This document shows, piece by piece, positions 39,359 through 51,244 of a stretch of DNA of 64,000 bases. The notes below the pieces were generated by a model that was not told the DNA's origin, searched no databases, and saw nothing but the letters and a program-made list of their open reading frames with translations. The stretch spans positions 1,118,001 to 1,182,000 of the forward strand of contig NC_087252.1 of NCBI RefSeq assembly GCF_037042905.1, written 5' to 3'. Source of the stretch: Lytechinus pictus (taxonomy: Eukaryota). The number at the start of each line of letters is the position of its first letter. Position 1 is the stretch's first letter. A program made the position numbers and the translations under genes.

Positions 39359-40396
39359 TATTTACAAAATGTTCAATGTGCCTAAAATCATGAAAATGAC
39401 CAAAGTGCATGGTCAAACAACTTTATGTACTTGATGTAAAGGTTTTTATCACATTCATTAAACTCTTGATTATTGGTGTTGTACATGTAGCTCACGCTAC
39501 ATTTGAGCCCCTTTTAAATCAAATAATGTGTGGTCACTAGTCATTATTGAGGAAAAAGTGATCAAAATAACCACAGGGTCCAATAGTTCGGCCAATAACA
39601 CTGGTTTATATGGAACCATTGCATTGATTTTCACCCAAAAGCTTTCAACTCTTCCCTTTTAACAATAATTGATTCTAATATTAACACAATCCTGAATTGT
39701 CTCCTCACCATGGTCGCTATAGGCTGATTTAGTATACACATTGGGCAGGGGACAATGTGGCCAAAATGACCAAGGTGGTCAAAATATTTTTTGGACGCTC
39801 AATTTAAATGATTAATACACCAGTGTTACTGTAGGTGTCACAGCACACCCTTGTAACGATTCTAGTAACATTCAAGTATTTTGGGATAAATTGAAGTATT
39901 GAACAGATGGTATTGGTCATTTGGGGGGCCAAAAATTGGCCAAAATGACCATAATCTTTTAAATGGGGTCATTAAGACTGACATATTTGGAATCAGCATG
40001 AAATTCTACACAAGAAGGACCTATGCATCATTCCCATTTTATAAAGGAGGAAGATAAAGCACACCGCAGGCCCTCAAATTCCGACCGATTTGCACAGTTT
40101 TGCACTAAATGGTCAGTTATGTCTTTAGTACCCAAAATGACCCTCATAGGTCAAAAGTCAAAACTAATGAAAACTATTGGAATTAATTGCATGAGGTTGA
40201 TTGTTATGATCCAGCGCACATTTTGAAAATAAATGTGGATTTCCAAAGACATCCAATCGTAGCTCTGATCAATATTTGTAATACATTTCGGACAAAAAGT
40301 CATGAAAATTGTCATTTTTGGCCAAAACATGGCCAAAATGATCACTTCTATTGTAATTTGGCAAATGATACCACTTTATCTGGAATCTGGGTTCAT

Positions 40397-41249
40397 TTTT
40401 GTCTCGCCCACCAGAGGTGAAGGCGAGACTTACAGTTTTTGTAGGGATCCAAATGTCGTCCGTCGTCCGTCTGTCACAAACCTAATGACAAAGCTCCACA
40501 ACCATAAGTCGCTTTTGAACTAAACTTGGATGGTAGATGGTTGGGGGACCTGCATGTTATGCTGCAGTCGGAGGTCTCACGGTAAGGTCAAAGGTCATTT
40601 TCAGGTCAACGTTAAAAATTTCATGCAGATCAACATTAAAGTTTACATGCAAGACTCTCTTATGACACCTAACTCCGCAACCGTAAGTTACTTTTCAACC
40701 AAACTTGGATGGTAGATGGACTTGAGGGACCCGCATGTTATGCTACAGTCGGAGATCACATGGTGAGGTCAAAGGTCATTTTCAGGTCAACGTTAAAGTT
40801 TGCATGCAAGACTCTTATGACACTTAACTCCGCAACCGTAAGTCGCTTTTCAACCAAACTTGGATGGTAGATGGACTTGGGGGACCTGCATGTTATGCTG
40901 CAGTCAGAGGTCACATGATAAGGTCAAAGGTCAATTTCAGGTCAATGTTAAAGTTTACATGCAAAACTCTCTTATGAGACCTAATTCCGCAACCGTAAGA
41001 CACTTTTCAATAAAACTTGGATGGTAGATATACTTAGGCGACCTGCATGTTGTGCTGCAGTCGGAGGTCACATGGTAAGGTCAAAGGTAATTTTCAGGTC
41101 AACATTAAAGTTTACGTGCAAGGCTCTTATTCCATCCCAGTCATTTCACAATAAAGTTTTGATACAATTCTGTTGCGTGCCCTCGCAAATCACAATATTT
41201 CTGGTTATTTTCATAAGTGGACGAGACGCAAAATCGCTTTTGCCTTGTT
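40397..41249 (+). mobile_element. Helentron-associated (HINE/DINE-1-like) element with four ~156-bp internal tandem repeats
   Basis: Inserted in a T-run. 5' gtctcgcc..ggcgagac inverted repeat, (GTCC/GTCT) microsatellite, 3' subTIR gacgagac and gcaaaatcgcttttgc hairpin. Absent from the left arm. Confidence 0.75.
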
Positions 41250-41539
41250 ACTTATGATAGACCCTTTAATTGCTTGTGGCTACAAAAGCATTCTGTTAAG
41301 GGACCATTTTCCAAAGAGTGGTCAAAATGTTCATTTTTGGTAAAAAATTGCCAAAATGGTCAAAATGGCGTGAGTACGGTCAATAAGAGTGACATTTTTT
41401 TAATCAGCGTACAATTTTACCTCGTATAAGCTTGTCATACCTTCCCCACCAAAAAATCTGAATAAAGCCCCCTATCTCCTAGACTAAAACAATCTTTGCC
41501 TTCTTATGTTTATTCAGTCCATAGTTATTTGGCTTTAAT

Positions 41540-42075
41540 GGTATCTTTTTATAGAACCTTATTTTTTCTGATCTTGATTTTACAAACTTGATGTTAATAT
41601 GATCTACATGTACCTATTCCAGTCTTTGGGCTTTGTCTCGATGTTTATATTACCTACATTGTCACGGCCCTATATTTGGGTCCGGAAAGAAAAGAGAGAG
41701 GTAGACTTGTGAACGGATACTCAGTACAACAAAACCCTGACACTTTGAGTAAATTTTATAATAACATTTAATTAATGATGTATACAAAAGTATTTGTTCC
41801 AATCCTCATAGACACAACAGTTATTGATTTTTTCATTCCTTTTATTTTAGCCCTTTTTTGAAGAATCTGGCTATTCTAAAGTTGATGTTGAAATGATCAA
41901 CTTGTTCTTGTAGCTGAGTTTCAGTTTTTCTTGGATGTCTATATAACCAATGTGTTTTATAACCGATTGATATTCATCACATTGCTTGCATATTTCCTTT
42001 TATTTCTGCCCTTTCTTGTTGGATCTGGCTATTCTCAACTTGATATTGATGTGACCGCCATGTTCAAATACACTT
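41540..42075 (+). repeat. Three degenerate copies of the exon-5 acceptor and exon start of gene B (pseudo-exons)
   Basis: 41851 reads PFFEESGYSKVDVEMINLFL*, 42009 reads PFLVGSGYSQLDIDVTAMFKY, and a weaker copy lies at ~41555. The real exon reads PNFVGSGYSKLDVDMINMFQY. Confidence 0.85.
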
Positions 42076-42148
42076 ACCTACATGTATCTTCATTCACAGT
42101 GATTCTTGTTTATGATTTATTCCTGTGTCTGCTATTTGTTTCAATTCA

Positions 42149-42405
42149 GGGGCCCGTCTTACAAAGATTTGCGATTGATCTGATCAATCACAACTATAGA
42201 TGGCCAGCAGCATCAACATCTATGTTTGTTCAAAATATCTTCTAACTATGATTTGTATTCATGCATTCCATGTTTTCTTGAAAATTCACTGTGCTTCTCA
42301 TTGTTTACCAAGGACATTTGTGCAAATTTCCAGTAGAAAAAATTATGACACTGATGGATTTCCATAGAGTCACGATCAATCGTAACTCTTTGTAAGACGG
42401 GCCCA
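42149..42405. mobile_element. Short MITE; a related copy at about 47115-47749 contains a nested MITE at about 47171-47341 in the putative 3' UTR of gene B
   Basis: gggcccgtcttacaaaga / tctttgtaagacgggccc TIR with CWG-type flanks. Confidence 0.75.
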
Positions 42406-42489
42406 GATTAATAAGCTTGGCCTCCACATGTTCAATGAGTCAACATTGTAATATTTATTATGATTATTGGTCGTTTCTTTCTCTTTCAG

Positions 42490-42622
42490 CCCAATTTTGT
42501 CGGATCTGGTTATTCTAAACTTGACGTTGATATGATCAATATGTTTCAGTATCCCGACGTAGCTAAAGTCCAGTGGACCTGGGCAACACTCAATCCTGGT
42601 GATTGTCTATATATTCCCGCAG
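42490..42622 (+). CDS. Gene B exon 5 (PNFVGSGYSKLDVDMINMFQYPDVAKVQWTWATLNPGDCLYIPA)
   Basis: ctctttcag acceptor, G|gtaagg donor, phase 0-1. Contains the JmjC L.PGD.LYIP motif. Confidence 0.92.
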
Positions 42623-43489
42623 GTAAGGATATTCCCTCTTCAGTACTAAAATGCTAATGTTGATTTGCAGATAAACGCTAGTTGTCATAACGATTTAAAA
42701 ACGAATAGGTGGAAATATCTTTAATGTTTTCTATGTATTGCCCTTCTCTTTTCTGTAATCTCCAGAATTTTAAAGTTTGAGGAAGAAAAGCCCACACTCC
42801 TACAATGATTTAAAACCCTCTGTGATCAAAATTTTACTCCATGACATGATACTGATTTGTTTTATTATTGTTGTCTTGTATGTATTTATATTGAGCACCG
42901 GTGCGAGCACTAATTGGCCGGTGGCTTCGGCCAATCACAGAGCGGCTCACACCCGAGTTGAGCCAGACAATAGCGTGCAGCCGGGCACGCCACCCCTCGC
43001 CGACGCTATATAACCCGTGCGCAGCAGCGTCTTTGCTCATTGCCTGACAAAGTCTAGCAGCTTGCAGACAAAACGTCGCTTTCCAACTACGTTTGATACA
43101 TTGTGAGACAATTGGTTATTTCTTCTACTCAACCCTTAACCACGATTAACCACATTATATTTTTATGTTTGATGTTCAATAATGTGTTTGGTTCTTATTT
43201 TCAATTTTGATCTTCATGTACGATTACCTTGTAATTACTGTGAACAAGTTCTGTTACTACTCCTTGGATCTTTGAATTATGTATCCATGCTTAAACCAAA
43301 TAAATAGAATAAAATGAAAAATATAAATAAATATATGAAGGTGTGTACTTTATTCTTTTGTCAAGCAATGGTGAATTTTTTTTTTTCAAATGCATGCACT
43401 GAAGAATCTGTCTAGTTTGTATTGAAATTTTGGATCAACAATAACAGTCGATACATCGTTGTAGCTTATGGTATTTTTCTTTCAAAAGT

Positions 43490-43830
43490 AGGAATAATAA
43501 TAAAATATATAGCGCCATCTATCCAGAAATATTCTATTCCGAGGCGCACAAGAAAACAAAGAATGAGAGAGTTTTGATGAGTGTCAAAGTGCCAATAACT
43601 AATACTGTTAAAATACATAAGACTTCAGTTTAGATTTGAAGGTCTCCAGTGATATGATTTTTAAATTCAACGGCCAATTATTCCTGATAGAATGTGCTGA
43701 GGCAGAGAAAGCTTGCGCACCATTTGCTACACGTGTCTTGGGAGTCTTAAGAAGTTGCTGGTGTGATGATCTTAGGCTACGAGTCACTGTATAAGGCATG
43801 ACAAGGTCTTGTAGATATTTTGGTGCCATA
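43490..43830 (-). mobile_element. 3' fragment of an L2-clade LINE
   Basis: APKYLQDLV...RSLRSS..LLKTP......AFS...FKSKLKSYVF with a gcgctatatattttattattatt tail. Confidence 0.75.
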
Positions 43831-43906
43831 CCATTAAATAAACAACTTAAAAATCATTTTGTCCTACTTACAGTAATTTCTTCAATATCCTCGTTTCTAA
43901 ATCCAG

Positions 43907-44070
43907 GTTATCTACACCAGGTTCGTTCTCATGGCAGGAGTGTATCAGCTACCATTCTCTTCACATCTCTGCCCACGTTTGATGACTCAGACTGTAGCAG
44001 AGATGTTATAAATACCTACACCGGTCTGGATGAGGTCAGAGTTCTCTGGACATATAAAAAGGGAGACAGA
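43907..44070 (+). CDS. Gene B exon 6: distal metal-binding His (GYLHQVRS...)
   Basis: atccag acceptor, AGA|gtgagt donor, phase 1-0. The ..H.V.S JmjC motif completes the HxD...H triad. Confidence 0.92.
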
Positions 44071-45685
44071 GTGAGTATCTATGGGAAAATATATATTCAT
44101 TTATCTACACTACTTCACTACTTATCTGTGTATCTATATATTTCTATATCTGTCTGTCTATCCTCGCTTTTATTAGCTTTTGGCAAGGCCTCGTGACTTT
44201 GCTATATTCCTCATCAAGTAGTGGGTGATACAAGACTAGTAGCGACCCCGAGTTAGCGCAAGGTCAAGCAAACTTAGTCGTGAGGCCTTTTGAAACCTGG
44301 AGCAGACTTGAATGTATGAATTATTCGTGAGCATGCCAATGCACCAATCAGCACCATCGGTCTTTGTACGGGGTCATACAGGGTTCATTGATGCGAACGA
44401 TACCTCGCTGATTGGCCGAATCGGAAACAATGGTTAACATAAGAAATCCTAGTCAGGTTCCTAAAGGCCCTGTGACTGGGCTCGCAATCCTTGCATTCAC
44501 TAAGCCTTTCCTGAATAGTCTGTTTTCCATTCGGTAGGCATTTGATATAAATATTGTTACTGACACAGGTCGTTGTTTAAAGGCTACGTTTTTACAAGAC
44601 TTATATTTCACTAGCTTCCGAGGTGGTGTACAAAACAAACAGCGAATATCCTGAGATTTCGTATTTTGTGATACAGAGAGAGACTCTATATTCCATGAGG
44701 CGTAGCCAAGTTCAATAGAGCATCTCTTATCCACCTTGTATGAAATCTTGTACCTTCACGTCTGTGCCAATAAAAATGGGCATGGTGATCACAAATAAGT
44801 CACCAGAAATTGTTCTCTGTAAATAATGAAAGGGTCTCCAAAAGGTAAAAATGGCATATTGGTTCATCCAAAATTGTAATTCTTATTATATGTACTCTCA
44901 AAATGAGTTTTAATGTTGAATAAAAGATGAGATATAGGAGTTTTTTTAACACCATATTTTGGACAGTTTGGAAGTTTCAGAGATTGCACAGTAAGCTCAT
45001 CTCATGCTTGAATGAACTGTTAAAATACGGTGGTTCCCTATGATCATACTGTTACTAAACTCCGGATCATCACAATATCATTATCAGGCTTAGTCCACAA
45101 TCTGTTCAATAAAGCACAAGCACACATTTCCATGTGGTTATCTTTAAATTAACGTATGTACAAGGGTTTGTCGCTCGCAGTCATCTCTGATCGGAGAACC
45201 ACCATTTTCTCGTACTCTAGCCTTAGTCTGAACTCCAGACTATAATATCAAAGTACATACCCGTCACATGAACCTTGAAAATCAGTCCTTGTTTTGCCCT
45301 ATATATTTAAAGCTGCAAATGAGTTTCTTCCACATCCAATCAAGTACTTCTGCAGGTTATTGTTGATCAGTTTTGACAAGCTACATGTATTAATCAGTTT
45401 AAAGCCGAGGATGCACTTTTTCAATCTCAATAAAAATCTCAGAATTCATTTTTGTTGACTTATGGTTGGTTTTGCAGAGGCGCACTTCACAAATATAGCC
45501 CTACTGCTCTCCAAGGGACAGTCTTACCTGGGCATCTGTGTTTGATGCTCAGGTTTCTTTCGTTTGTCCTCTAACGTGTCTGATTTTGGGAATGCTCTAT
45601 ATAAATATCCTGTATTACTATTATGTTGTATGAAGATAAATTCTAACCCTGCTTCTCTCTCTCTCTCTCTCTAACCTTCCTAAAG

Positions 45686-45859
45686 GTGATTGAGATGGGT
45701 TACATGAACCCTGAAGCTCTCCGAGACAGTTTTCTCACACTGCTCGGAGAATCCCATCAACTCAACTTTGAGAAGTTCAAGTATTACTTCATGGATATCA
45801 CCAAAGAGGATGAAGATGAGACAAACTCCAGGGATATAGAGTATCCGATGGCTGAAGAG
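45686..45859 (+). CDS. Gene B exon 7 (VIEMGYMNPEALRD...YPMAEE)
   Basis: (CT)n tract + taaag acceptor, GAG|gtatgg donor, 174 nt, phase 0-0. Confidence 0.88.
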
Positions 45860-46917
45860 GTATGGCATGCATTCAAAATTATCAACAATTTTACAAACAG
45901 AATGGCGAAAACCCCTCATTTGTAACTCAAAGCTCTACATCTAGATACCTGGGCTCGTATTCAAGCGAAATTATTGATTTTACTTAGCTAAGAAAAATGT
46001 AACTTCTGAAGGTTTCCATGGCGAAGAAGAATAATGTAGTAGGTTTTACGGTACACCATGTATCTTTCTTGGGCAATTGTTGAAGAAAGAAAATTGCTTA
46101 AATCCTGTATTTATATCACATTTGAGCCAAATTTAAGGAAAATATTTACTAATAATCATTGTGCGTGATAAAGCTTGAGCCAAATAATGTGCAATGATGA
46201 ATAGACCAATGGGACCACAATGTCTCTAGATTTTAGAGTGGGAACTTTTGTTACACTTAACAGTCCTGTGTCATTTTGCTTCAAAGATTAATACAAACTT
46301 TGAATGAATTCCACAACTATTAAAGAGTTTCACTCAAATTCTCAGTAGCGTGCATCATATTGTTGTTAATATTGTTTGTCTGTCAATGCAACGAGGACCA
46401 GCCAATCATCCAGGGGTTTGTAGTATTTTGGCTTGTTTGGTCTTATGGATAGTCAGGCCAATCAAGGATTGCCAACACTGTAGCGGCAGCTGCCAGTATT
46501 CCGTCCACAATTACAGAGACTATTCAGGCCATTATATTACTATGTATGCATCACCCGCACAGGTCGGATCATACTCACAGGACGTGCACTACATGGTATT
46601 CATTATTGAGGTTATGTGTAAGATACCATATACAGTTAAAGCTGCTTATAGTGAAAAACCTTTCTTTATAGTGGCCTTCAAACTTGTTTCCCATTGGAAA
46701 GGAATGTGTGTTCTAGAACCTTTCTATAAGGGCAACCTGTCTGCAGTGGCCACTTTTCTGTTTTGCTAGGACAGCCTTAATTGACAGGTCTGACTCTATA
46801 GCATAAGTGTAACTCCAAGTAACACTTAACTGTTTGTCAAACACCACCCCCCCCCCCCCCAAACATAGCAAGTCAAATTGAATCAACTTGTTTTCCTATC
46901 TTCTCTCTAAAATCCAG

Positions 46918-47064
46918 GCTTTTAAGATGTTTGACCATGAAAACAAAGGTTACGTTACGAGAGAAGAAATCGTAGAGATGGACGTGGAGTACTTCAAAGA
47001 CTTTGCCAGGATCCTAGATCTTCCAAGCGGTCCCACTGCAGACGATATGCACGATGAGTTATAA
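46918..47064 (+). CDS. Gene B terminal exon: EF-hand (DHENKGYVTREE) and C-terminal HDEL
   Basis: aatccag acceptor; AFKMFDHENKGYVTREEIVEM...DDMHDEL-TAA. Joined CDS is 1305 nt = 434 aa + stop. Confidence 0.9.
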   Translation, partial: AFKMFDHENKGYVTREEIVEMDVEYFKDFARILDLPSGPTADDMHDEL

Positions 47065-48267
47065 CCTCTAGCTCTTCTAGTACCCCTTCAGTCACGCCTC
47101 TGAAACTGGCTCCAGGGCTCCTGTCTTACAAAGAGTCTCGACTGATCTGATCAAACGCAAATGTGGAACTGGGGGCGATTTCATAAAGCTGTTTGTAAGT
47201 GAAGAGCGACTTTAAGAACGACTGGTGATCCTTTCTTATGTGCTAAACCATCGCTAATGAATATACCATTTACCACAAGAAAGGATCACCAGTCGTTCTT
47301 AAAGTCGCCTCAACTTACAAACAGCTCTATGAAACACCCACCAGATGTGTTCAAACTGTTTTCTAGATATCTGATGTATACTCATGCATTCATTGTTGTC
47401 TTGACAATTTGGTGTGTTCCTCTTTGTTTACAAAGGACATTGTGCAAACTGCATGCAGAGCTGCCAAGTGGTACTGGTTTTCAGTAATTATTACTGAAAA
47501 ATGAGAAAAAATACTGGTGGTTTCATGCAAATTACTGATTTCTAAAGTGTCAGTTAATGCGTCTTATGGTATTTCTGTGGAAATACTGATTTTCTCACCA
47601 AAATACTGATTTTCAGCCTTTCAAAAAATAGTGAAATGTTCTTGATCAGGTTGGCATCTCTGTTTCTGTAGTAAAAGATTATGACAGTGATGGATTTCTA
47701 CAGAGTTGAGGTTGATTGAATCAGTTGCAACTCTTGGTAAGACAGGGCCCAGATCGATCAAGATCGTTGACAGACTATCGGTTGGTTGGGGTAAGTTTCA
47801 TTGGTGCGAGTGAAACCTTATTTATTGTAGACTGTCAGGATTTGATGTCTTGTAATAGCTTTCTATTGTATCTTGGATGGGGGTGGTTTGGGGGTACCAT
47901 GACATTTGCTCCGGTAACAATTGCTCTGCTCGAAATTCCATCTATTAATAGAATGACCAACTTGAACCCTGGATTTAACACTATACCCTACCTTAAGACT
48001 AACCCTAAACCAAACATAAACCCCTAATGCAACTCTAACCCTATATCATAGATGAAATAAAGCTTGGAGCAAAAGTTGTGTGACCGGGTTTTGTGTCAGT
48101 GCCTTGAAATTGTATAAACAGATTCTAATTTTATATAGCACAACTAAAAAAAAGAACTTTTCTTGTAATTTTAGTTAAATCAGAGAGAGAGAAAATACTG
48201 GTAACTTATAACCATTGAACTCTACAACAGATAATAGCCTAGAATTGCGCTAGAATATGAATTTGGG

Positions 48268-48445
48268 AGGCGCGATAGCTCCGTCGGTAGAGCGGGGTAT
48301 TCGGATTCTGGTGACCCGGGTTAGATTCCCACTTGGTGCGCTAGTAGCTTTTGGTAAGACATTTATCCTCATTACCAGGTCCCTCGGAGAGGACCTTAAG
48401 CCACCGGTCCTCTGGTTGCTTGCTTACAATCATTCATGCTTTCTT
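48268..48445 (+). mobile_element. tRNA-derived SINE (SINE2)
   Basis: tRNA-like head with A box (tagctccgtcgg) and B-box-like gggttagattccc, continuing into a non-tRNA body. Confidence 0.7.
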
Positions 48446-49793
48446 TAACAATTGGGTAAAAAATCACCACCATTTACCATTTAAATTTTTATATATTCAA
48501 CTCATAAATATTTTTCTACTGTACTATTGTAATTGAAACTGACATCTCAAGGCTAACCTACGTAGTATACATGTATATACTTAGTATATCTATATATTGA
48601 ATAGAAAACTGTTTTATTATACCCCTGGTGTAGTGGTATTCACAGTACTGTCTTCCATTTTTATCTTTGTCTTTCATTTTATCAAGCAATACGAAATATA
48701 GTTTCAAATTTTTTTTTATTGCTTTCTGCATGGTATATGATATTTAAATCTTAAACATTGAATCATGCTATAATAATTAATCATATTATTGTGCCTTTGA
48801 TATGGTTTACAGTATTAAAACATTTAAGTACAAAGCATTATAAAGCATTTTTTTAAATCTTGATGAATATGATGCTGTTATAATTGTGCCTTATTATACG
48901 TTATGCTAGGCCTATCTATAAATGTTTTTGAAAGGAATGTGAGGATAACATAACAGTACCCTATTCAGTATCTATACTATTTGAAATTACTGAAAAAGGC
49001 CCCCGGTACTACAATACTGCAAGAATCTTCAGGATTGAAGGAGGCAGTCAGTGTAGGTTGAAGAAGAATTATATTGATCTAACTATGTGTATGAGAAGGA
49101 TTTCTGCAACCCCCAGCCCCCCCCCCCTCTTCTTTTTTTTGTCCGTAAAACTAATTAATTTTCATGAAAAAAATAAACTGATACAAGATAAATTTCATCT
49201 GGAGTATAGCCTTTCACCTTGAAGAGATTAGAATACTTAAAGCCATTCCAGAAGACTAAAAACAAATCCAGAAGTTGAGATGATAATTATATGAAATGGA
49301 ACAAATATACTTCGGTATTTTACTTTCCTCTTCTTTTTTAAAGTAAATCATATTCTTTTATTTTAATGAAAATATATTTTGTGGGCCAGTTTGTGTATGT
49401 TTATTTTTGAAAGCTTATGAGCTTTTGGTATGCTTGTATGTTAGTATTGTTTATTATTTGTTTTCCACTTCTGGTGAACTCTTTTACCATGACATTTTAA
49501 ATGTTACTGAATCAATGAGTAAATTGATGAAATAGAAGCCACAAACAAGGATCAAAAGATTGACGTGTCATTCAGGTAATCAATTTTTATTTGGTTTTGT
49601 ACAAGTTATCCTTATTTCTTTGAAAGAATGTTAAATGGTCTTTTGTCTCATTCCTCCTGGTCTAGTCCTTGATTGCCCACAATCAATCCATCTAATAAAC
49701 ACTTGGTCTCATTTCCATTTAACTCATTTATTGTTTCGTCAAATTTCCAGATAGACTACCCAGATGATCTTTGTAGGTTTCCATGGTGGAGTT

Positions 49794-50240
49794 TGTAACG
49801 TGGAGAAGGTTTACGGTTCACCATGTGTAATATGAAGAAGGGAAAGGAAATACAGGCAGAAAAATTGAAATGGAAAGACGAGAAAGGATGAAAAGAGGAA
49901 ATTAGAAGTATTCTTTGAAGTCCTGAAAAGGACTGTAAACCAGATGAGATGAGCTGAATATTAGAGGTATTCCTCAAGACGGCCGACAGTCAACCTGCCC
50001 GAAACGTCAAGTAACCTCTCTTCACTTCAACCTGCTACTAAAATCATAGCTACTTAAGCCACATTTAGCTCATCTCATCTGGTTTACAGTCCTTTTCAGG
50101 ACTTGACTCACTTCAAGAAAAGAATACCTATAATTTCCTCTTGTCATCCTTTCTCGTCTTTCCATTTCAATTTTCTGCCTGTATTTTCCCTTTCCCTTCT
50201 TCATATTACACATGGTGAACCGTAAACCGTCTCCACATTA
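49794..50240. mobile_element. ~165-bp inverted duplication around a Penelope-like end motif
   Basis: Arms about 49794-49959 and 50063-50240. The spacer contains cctcaagac...gcccgaaacgtcaag. Confidence 0.6.
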
Positions 50241-50829
50241 TAGACTGCCCGTTTTGTATAATATCCACTTTGTCTTACACCCAATAAAAGTCCATATGAT
50301 TAAGGGAACTGGACCCAACTTTTATTTTATGAAGTGTGATTTTACTAGATAGATGAAGTGGAAATGACACCATCTGGAATTAAGACTAAAAGACAGACCA
50401 ATTGAGTATTAAATGAGAACATCTGGAATTAAGACTAAATGACAGACCAATAATTAGACCAAGGGATGATCAGACCAACATTGGAAGATTTCAAGTCCGG
50501 TGTTGGTGTTGGTGTTAGAAGCACAATTTAGATTGTGTTTTCTAGCTTCAAAACCGACTCTGATTTTGCACAAATGATACAGATCACAATATTGATGGTT
50601 CAACACTGAGTGAGTGGCTTTTCAGGACCAATTTCATTTAACTGTTTGCTATGCTCATGTAAAAAATGTAAACACCAAAAGGTCAACACTGAACTCGAAA
50701 TCGTCCATTTAATTAGACCAATTTGATATAAGTAGGTAAGTCTGCAAGCACAGACTCAGATTTACACTTTAACCAAAACCAGGTCTGGTGTGAAGACTAG
50801 ACTCCAAACTCTCCATCGGTATCAATTAA

Positions 50830-51244
50830 AGGCCACCGCACACCTTACGACTGTTCGTGATCCGATTTTGGAACAAATAGCATTTTGCTCATTTTCTGAA
50901 AATGTGAATGGAACATATCATTTTATTTGAGGTTAAAATTAATTGAAAGGATACTAATGTAACCATTTTGAAAGATTGCAAGCCTTTATTTTGGAGTAAA
51001 GGCCCAATTAGTTTCAAATTGTAGCCAATCGTACGACTGCTATGACGTCATTACGACTAGATATTAAATTCGCTTTTATTCTAATAAGGATGAGAGCATA
51101 GTCACAGGTTTGAAAATAGGAAATCTTACGATGATTTAGAACATTACACAGCGAGATATTCCAAGTCTCAATAGTAGCATCAAATTCTACTACATTTTAT
51201 TCTGAAATCGGGTCGCAGACCAATCGTAAGGTGTGTGGTTGCCT
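50830..51244. mobile_element. PIF/Harbinger-like MITE
   Basis: TAA|aggccaccgcacaccttacga ... tcgtaaggtgtgtggttgcct|TAA. Confidence 0.82.

Larger units (their letters stand above)
35568..41486. mobile_element. Giant fold-back (long-TIR) element with ~2.2-kb inverted arms and nested insertions
   Basis: tagtctaggagataggggg... / ...ccccctatctcctagacta. Arm complementarity is traceable to the centre near 37810. Confidence 0.88.

Noticed and set aside
48268..48345. tRNA gene
   Set aside because: The B box is degenerate, there is no clean acceptor stem or terminator, and it continues into a SINE body.
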